NCBI GenBank assembly: GCA_964016885.1
Contig: OZ024740.1
Coordinates: 116,994,001 to 117,058,000 of the forward strand
DNA length: 64,000 nucleotides
From: Eledone cirrhosa
Lineage: Eukaryota
Reading direction: 5' to 3'
Below are positions 57,291-64,000 of this stretch, piece after piece. Below the pieces are notes generated by a model. It ran no database searches and had not been told where the DNA came from. It saw nothing but the letters and a program-made list of their open reading frames with translations. Position 1 is the stretch's first letter. Each line of letters begins with the position of its first letter. The position numbers and the translations under genes are program-made.

Positions 57291-58196
57291 TGTCTACGAT
57301 GAAAGGACTGATCCCCCACCTCCTCCAAAAAAAGGCTGGGATGAGGAATGGCAGAAACTGTTTATATGGAAATATTCAAATATTAGAGTAAGTTTCCACT
57401 TTGGGATAGAAGCTACCATATATTTGATACTACATGAAAGCACTGGTACCACTGTAAACACTGATAAACTACAACAGACCTGTCAAATCTCCCCGTCCGA
57501 TGGGCAGATCACCCACCCACTTTGGGGTGGGTGAGAGATGTCTTCTCTTGTGAAAATTGGTATAGCTTTCATTATGCAAAATCTCCCCATTTTGCCTCAT
57601 TTCTCCTCGTTTGGGGGCACATTTTTTTCATGGTACTCCCTGTTTGGATTTCTAGAGATTGGAAGGTCTGCTACAAACCCTTGAAGGGGTTTCTATACAA
57701 TTACTCAACCTGCTGGAAATACCAGTCCAATCCTACGTTAATGCCTTAATATAAATATAGAACATATTGGCCACTGTAGTCAAATATATCAAAATATGTC
57801 ATGATGTTGGAACGTCTTTGAGCATAGCTCTACTCCATAAGAGTGGGACAAAACAACTACAACACCGTTCTAATAAAACCTTATCTTCCTCATTCAATCT
57901 GGACAAATACTAAAAGTAAAAATACATAAAATCAGCAGCAGCATCAATGACCGCATTACTATCATCACCAAACTACACACACACACACATTGTGGTGATA
58001 TGCATACCATCAAAGATAAATGCAGAAGTAGAGTAACTATCACACTTCGATAGATTTCGCTATTCCCTACTTCGATGTCTATATAGAGACTTTCCTGGCT
58101 CTGGTGTGAACCAATGAAGAAAGTGTCTATGTAGACACTGGACCTCCTAGAAAGAGAAACATCTCCCTTACATCACACCGTACCATCTTAAATAAT

Positions 58197-58410
58197 GGTT
58201 TCTGAGTTACGTACAAGGTCAGCAAATATGGGGGGGTAGACGATTAAATCGACCCCAGTGCGTGACTGGTACTTTATTTTATCGACCCCGTAAGGATGAA
58301 AAGTAAAGCTAACTTTGGTGTGATTTGAATTCAGAACGTAAAAGGCCGTAACTCTATGCTGCAAAGCATGGTGTTAGGTGCTCTACCGATACCGTCAATC
58401 CACAGCCCGC
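58197..58410 (-). mobile_element. SINE family S1
   Basis: Core CTGGTACTTTATTTTATCGACCCCGTAAGGATGAAA and head CTCTACCGATACCGTCAATCCAC. Confidence 0.85.
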
Positions 58411-60107
58411 CCTAATGTAATCCCACATGTCCTTAAACATAGAAAATGATTATAGTTGCAAAGCATTTGACGCGAGTTGACTTGTGGTTAAAGAACAACG
58501 CCACCATCACCACCACCACCACCAACAACAACATCAGCTACAACTGCTACGAAGAAACATACTGGATAGAGAATAAAATGTATACACTGCCACATTACAT
58601 ATCAGAGAGGAAAGAGTTTTCATTAACAAAGCAAATAGATGTATTTGAAGTATTATCTGTGGATTTGTATGTTTGTATGACTGACTAACAGCATACTGTT
58701 CTCTGTTCTATGAGAGATGATTGGAACAACATAGGGATTCTTTTATTACCACATCGATAAACACATCGATAAACAACTCTTGGTGATGTCTTTGACAAGC
58801 TCTAGGTGTTGGTCATAGACTTTTCGTGGTAGAATATAAGTATTGTTTCTGGTTGCTTTGTATAGAAATCGTATAGAAACTCCATCGATGGCTTGTAGTT
58901 TATCAGTGATTGCAGTTGTACCAGTGCTTTCATGTATAAAAATATCCTTCGGATATTTATTTTTTATAAGACTCTAGCTTTCCGGCTTGGCACCAGCAAG
59001 TTCACCACACCAACATGCCACTCAGAATGTAAAAGAATTTGAACAAGCACGAAACAGCAACACTCTAACCTTCTGTCAATATTTTCATTTATTGATTAAC
59101 TTTCTTTATGAATCCTGAGGAACTTAAACGTGAAAGAAAGAAATGGAGATATACTTTACAAAAATATATCGAATGTATAATCAATGTTAATGATTATGTT
59201 CGCAGGTCTTATTTCTTTTTTAATTTCCTACATTACTACATTATAAAGAATACATAAATTTGGGATAGAAGCTACCATATATTTGATACTACATGAAAGC
59301 ACTGGTACCACTGTACATTTAAGTTGAATCCGTGACACTATGAATGCACTTGTATACAATATCAGCTACAAATCAACCAAGGAACTTGGAGTCAATTTAT
59401 CTCCCTTGATACCTCGTACTTTATCCTTTTAGTTTATGCTGAATTACATGGCTAATCGGCGGAATATTTACGAGGAGTAGCATTTACATCGTTCATATCT
59501 AACAAATCTAACCAACTATGGTTTGTATTGGAATTGTTACCAGTATGATTAAGCACATGATTCATCACAAAAAACATACTCACTCAATACCACGACAGCT
59601 ACCTCCCCACATACATCCTTCCACACCAATCGGTGCAGAACCACTATGGCCACTCGAGTAATATGTCACATATGTAGAAAATATAATCCATTAAGTCGCT
59701 TGTGTATATAACAACTCAATTATGCCGACTAAGCCTTGTGTGACAAGCTGGGAAATCGCATATCTTACCTTATTAAATTGAAAACTTGTTATAAAATGAC
59801 TTATACCATGTATATAAATAACAGCTTTAACACTTCCCATATCAAATATAAAGAAAACTTCTAGGTAAATATATAAAAAATATAGAATATCAATGTTTGT
59901 GAAACCCAATGACCTCTCATACAATTAAAGCAAGTTTGACAGGATATATTTAATGGTCTAATGCTATGTTTTAATCTCAATGAGAACCATAAGGTTTACT
60001 TGTTGGGTGATTTCTCTAGTTGTTGATGAGCAATTATTTAATCAGCATTACCTATGATATATAATAAACAGGTAATTCTCAATATATATATGTATATTGC
60101 GCTAACT

Positions 60108-60184
60108 GAAGTCTGATGAGTTTTTGATTCCAGAGTTGGGCCCGATCGATACAGGCCGAACTTTCAATCGCGAAACGCGCTTCA
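60108..60184 (+). ncRNA. Degenerate hammerhead-like motif with extended stem II
   Basis: GAAGT-CTGATGA-G...C-GAAA-CGCG-CTTC; long imperfect stem II (GATT..AGAGTT.GGCC / GGCC.AACTT..AATC); NUH triplet missing; AATAAA follows. Confidence 0.45.
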
Positions 60185-60222
60185 CACCTCAATAAACGTA
60201 ATGAAAATTTGACACTTCGTCC

Positions 60223-60267
<45 letters not shown>

Positions 60268-60650
60268 AGAATTACCTGTTTAAACTATTAAGATCATGTT
60301 CAGCTTGGGAAAGTAGAGAGTATGTATTTTGTCTAAACGGCGGGAGCTCAGATGTTGGGAACTAACCACACACACACACACACACACACATGTGCACACG
60401 CACACACACACACACGCACACACACACACACACACGCACACACATACACACACTGACACATATATATATATATATATTAATAATAATAGTAATAATAATA
60501 AATTTGAAGACTAAAATCCAAAGAGGGCTCGATAAGGATAAATATATATTAAACATATAAGAACCGTAGAGCAAATATTTATTAAAATAACAGATTTAAG
60601 TTTAAGCAAAGAATCGATGCTTTCACCCTTAACGGGATCTTCTGAAACTC

Positions 60651-61038
60651 TTTGCAGCATAGAGTTACGCCCCTTTATGATCTGAGTTCAAATCCTGCCC
60701 AGGTTGACTTTGCCTTTCATCCTTATAGGGTCGATAAAATAAAGTATCAGTCACGCACTGGGGTCGATTTAATCGACTTTCCCCTCCCCCAAAATTGCTG
60801 GCCTTGTGCCTATATAAGAAATCATTATTATTCTTCTTCTTCTTATTATTATTGTTATTAATTGGCAGTATCGGTAGAGCGTCGGACATTCTTTTCAGCA
60901 TAGTTACGTCCCTTTACAATCTGAGTTCAAATCCCGCCGAGGTTAACTTTGCCTTTCATCCTTACGGTGCCAATAAAATAGAGTACCAGTAATGTACTGG
61001 ATAATTGCTGGCCTTGTGCCAAAAGTAGAAACAATTAT
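60651..61038 (+). mobile_element. Two tandem S1 SINEs
   Basis: 60651-60830 and 60861-61038 each have B box, core and tail. Confidence 0.85.
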
Positions 61039-61051
61039 TATTATTATTATC

Positions 61052-61111
<60 letters not shown>

Positions 61112-62013
61112 ATCCTGTTCAGACATACTCCTATCTTCAAACAATACAAACATTACAGTAAAAACAAAACACGTATAGTTAAATCATCGTTTGCTGTATC
61201 CAGCAAGAACAATTTTCTGGTGTCGTAAAACAAATACGTTGATGGAAATATTGAAGGAATGTCGTAAACACTGGTGTCGTAAACAATGGAGAGTTGTGAT
61301 GCTTAAAACATTTATTTGAAATCCCAATTCTATATTATTAACTACGCAGTAAACTGGCATAATGTGTAGAACGACGGATATGTCTTATGTGTTTTGATTA
61401 TGTATTGTTATTTACGGTATTTATTCTGATTTCAAATTCTTTCCCGAAAAAATCTGTAGCTAGGGACCTATCGCATAAATCAATATTACGAAATATCTTA
61501 TGTGCAAATCATTAAATTGTAATTTTGAAACGAATCGACAATGGAATAATCATTTCACGAAGTTATATTACATATAGTTATATTACTTTTAATTATATTG
61601 CTTTTAATTACATTGCTTGGTTATATTGCTAATAAATATATATAGTGAAACTTCACTAAATATGAATTAAATATTCAGCACTATTGTATAAAGCATGTGT
61701 ATAAACAAACTAAAGAGGCTAGCATATTCTCTACTAACTCCATCAATGTTAGTTAATATAAAGCTGGTGCGTTATACGAAAGCTTACACTTGTTAATTAC
61801 AACTTCTAGACACTCTATCGAATATATAAATCCATTTCCCTTATTTCTATCTTTAGATGTATGTCTGTTTATACAATCTGTCAGATAAGTACAGTTTACT
61901 GAATCTGTACAGATGAATTCTAGTCAGATTCTAATAGACCGATCTACTATTGATCAAACCTGACTCTGGAATCGAAAAAATCCTCAGATCTGCCTCAGTA
62001 TGTATAAGTATGT

Positions 62014-62251
62014 AAAAGTAGAATTGAGATGGAGGGTTTGTGGTTTTTCTCACATCTGAGAAAAAGCACAAACCCTCCATCTCAATTCTACTTTTGAAAA
62101 GCACAAGAACTGCGAAACCGGTAAAGGAACCAAATAAATATATTTAAAAAAAAAAAGACTCCAGTTGCATTTTCGATTTCATCTTTTTTTCTTATACTTT
62201 CACTCGTGTAGGACACCTCGTTTTTTTTTCATTTTGTAAAAACAAAACCAC

Positions 62252-62258
<7 letters not shown>
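62014..62258 (+). mobile_element. Foldback family C, short copy with U3-A8 hammerhead motif (62091-62126)
   Basis: Hairpin 62014-62095 centred on 62054/62055; sense arm ends CTTTCTAA(TA)n; one stem II mismatch (GCAC). Confidence 0.8.
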
Positions 62259-62282
<24 letters not shown>

Positions 62283-62634
62283 AAGGTTTATATATATATA
62301 TATATATACATATATACATATACGTGTTTGCAACGGGTCACTTTGTGGCTCAATGAAAAGTTAATAAATTAAATAATCAGAGCTATATATCATAAAACAT
62401 GTCTATAGAATCACCAGATAAAATATATACCATTTCCTCTCCCAATTAGCATAATTAACCATATAAAAAATCGAATAGACCAGGCTATAAAGAATAAGGC
62501 TTCTATGAAGAAATGTCCAACAAATAACCGAAACCAGTCCTTCGCGCCGGCTGCGACGGAATATTTATCGAATATTTCGACAGCGTAATCGCCCAGATAT
62601 ACAGTCAATTAAACAGAATTAGGTGTAAAATAAA

Positions 62635-62669
<35 letters not shown>

Positions 62670-62696
62670 TAGATAGATACATATATATATATATAT

Positions 62697-62896
62697 AGGA
62701 AAAGAGTCAGGCCCCAGACGGCTGAGCTCCGGCCGTTTCGACAGCTAGATCCGAACGTTCAGATCTAGCTGTCAAAACGGCCGGAGCTCAGCCGTCGGGC
62801 TCCTGACTTTTTTCCTATTACCCACTCTACTACCCTAAGTATCGAGTACTCGGGTGCGTTATGGTCCACCTGGTTCCTTACCACACTGTCTTCGTT
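62697..62896. mobile_element. Foldback family A (subfamily 2), asymmetric copy in (TA)n
   Basis: Centre 62756/62757 (GAACGTTC); short left arm starts TATA|GGAAAAGAG; long right arm ends TTCGTT(AT)n. Confidence 0.85.
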
Positions 62897-63355
62897 ATAT
62901 ATATCTGTATGAGTATACATCTGTATGTGAGTGTGCGCGCAACTTTGTATGTGCGTGTGTATGAGTGACTGGTGAGTGCTGAAGATGCGTGGCTTAGTGG
63001 TCATGATGATGGTCTAACTATAGTAACGTTGTGAGTTCGATTCCTATGTTGCTAGCCTCCTTTGGTCTAGGAATGCAGTATATGAGATGGAGTGCACAGA
63101 GGGACGGTGCAGAAACATGACAATGACATATATTGGTGGGACAGTCTATAGCATTGGAGAGGGATTAAAGGACACTGCTGTGAAATCAAAGAGAAGCAAA
63201 CTCGTCAGTCATATACCAACATGCCAAACTAGAACATGGGGGTTCAATATATAACATAGAAGACATACACACATAATATGTTGACCACATCTCTCTTGGA
63301 CATATTTCGGACTATATATGGATATTCACATACACACACATGCTCACACACAGAC

Positions 63356-63497
63356 ATGAGTCTGGAACAAGCTGTTGAAACGGCAAGAGCTCAGCCGTTG
63401 TGTCCTGACTCTTTATTATATAAACATACTCTACTACTCCGAGTATCGCGTACTTTGTTGAGTGGTGGTCTAACTAGTTTCAAACTGAATCTATCCT
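63356..63497 (+). mobile_element. Family A diverged single arm
   Basis: GCTGTTGAAACGGCAAGAGCTCAGCCGTTG...ACTCTACTACTCCGAGTATCGCGTACTTTG. Confidence 0.6.
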
Positions 63498-63509
63498 ATA
63501 TATATATAT

Positions 63510-63552
<43 letters not shown>

Positions 63553-63687
63553 CAGGTATTTGTAAATACATACCAGATAAAAAGGGCTCCGTGTATGTAG
63601 TAGGGAGATCTCATTTATTTAAAGCTGTCATTTCACCCCGCTACAACTCTGAGTTTCTAGTCTCCTTTCGCCATATTATACATACAC

Positions 63688-63750
<63 letters not shown>

Positions 63751-64000
63751 TATATATATATATATATACATGCACTCATACACACTCATACAGACAAGGA
63801 TACACACACACACACGCCCATACATATATATAAATATATATATATATATATATGTATATATAAATGTATATATTTGTATGTATATGTGGGTGGGTGTGAG
63901 TGTGTGTCTGTCCGCGCGCGCGTGTGTGTGTGTATACGTGTGTGTGTATGCTATGAATAGATTAAATATATTATATATCTATTAACTTAACGTATCACTA

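Overview
AT-rich eukaryotic (animal) DNA saturated with microsatellites and transposon debris. The SINE and microsatellite profile suggests a cephalopod (octopus-like) genome, but that is inference. No host protein-coding exon could be supported, and nearly all ORFs in the track are microsatellite translations. Real coding remnants are the GIY-YIG end of a Penelope-like element (2-409), two RTE-type LINE fragments, and a near full-length, disrupted Tx1/L1-clade LINE (about 21570-27220) with two 5'-truncated relatives. All three Tx1-like copies sit in (GATA/TATC)n repeats, one with a 17-bp TSD, which points to a microsatellite-specific LINE. The most striking non-coding signal is a set of short foldback (palindromic) elements embedded in (TA)n tracts. 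Several families carry hammerhead ribozyme (HHR) motifs: a complete type I HHR as a divergent pair (48002-48145), a family with a compensatory U3-A8 core, and a nine-copy family that keeps only the 3' half of an HHR and folds back just upstream of it. Also present are many tRNA-derived SINEs, two hAT-like MITEs with 8-bp TSDs and a non-autonomous Helitron. All folds and alignments were done by eye.
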